Positions 63,901 through 64,000 of a stretch of DNA of 64,000 bases are shown here, piece by piece. The position numbers and the translations under genes are program-made. Origin of the DNA: Chiloscyllium plagiosum (Eukaryota); assembly GCF_004010195.1 (NCBI RefSeq), contig NC_057720.1, positions 34,716,453-34,780,452 of the forward strand, given 5' to 3'. The notes below the pieces were generated by a model. It was not told the origin of the DNA. It did not search any database and saw only the letters and a list, made by a program, of their open reading frames with translations. How positions within the stretch are numbered: the stretch's first letter is position 1; each line of letters begins with the position of its first letter.

Positions 63901-64000
63901 TAATGAAAGTCGTGAATTAGTTAGAATTTCCCAAAATCACAAAATTCTGACAAATGTATAAAGATCATGAATAAAGTTGACAACAGATTCTCCTGGAAGC

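Noticed and set aside
1..64000. Prokaryotic systems (operons, CRISPR, retrons, DGRs)
   Set aside because: All RT motifs are CR1, Rex1 or Gypsy type, and the sequence is vertebrate repeat-rich DNA.

Overview
Repeat-dense eukaryotic DNA whose repeat content (HE1/V-SINE-type tRNA SINEs with CR1-derived tails, several CR1 LINE families, Rex1/Babar) points to a cartilaginous fish, probably a shark. This is an inference and no species can be named. Most ORF-track entries are CR1 pieces, SINE read-through or noise, and no intact multi-exon gene is confidently identified. Two things stand out. (1) About 20 Penelope-like (PLE) fragments and mini-elements from at least four sequence families each carry a minimal type-I hammerhead ribozyme motif (CUGANGA-A-stem II-GAAA, 4-nt palindromic stem III, family-specific stem I). 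Many are 130-300 bp, often fold-back palindromes, flanked by 10-15 bp target-site duplications. (2) A phase-compatible chain of + strand exon candidates (16427, 20581, 35182, 44000, 59757) ends in a transmembrane helix plus a peptide resembling the LRMP/IRAG2 (Jaw1) KASH tail, with an in-frame TAG between helix and KASH peptide. This suggests a decayed or KASH-less KASH-family gene. Fossil Gypsy, Harbinger and Tigger-like elements are also present. Family assignments are from recalled motifs, not database searches.
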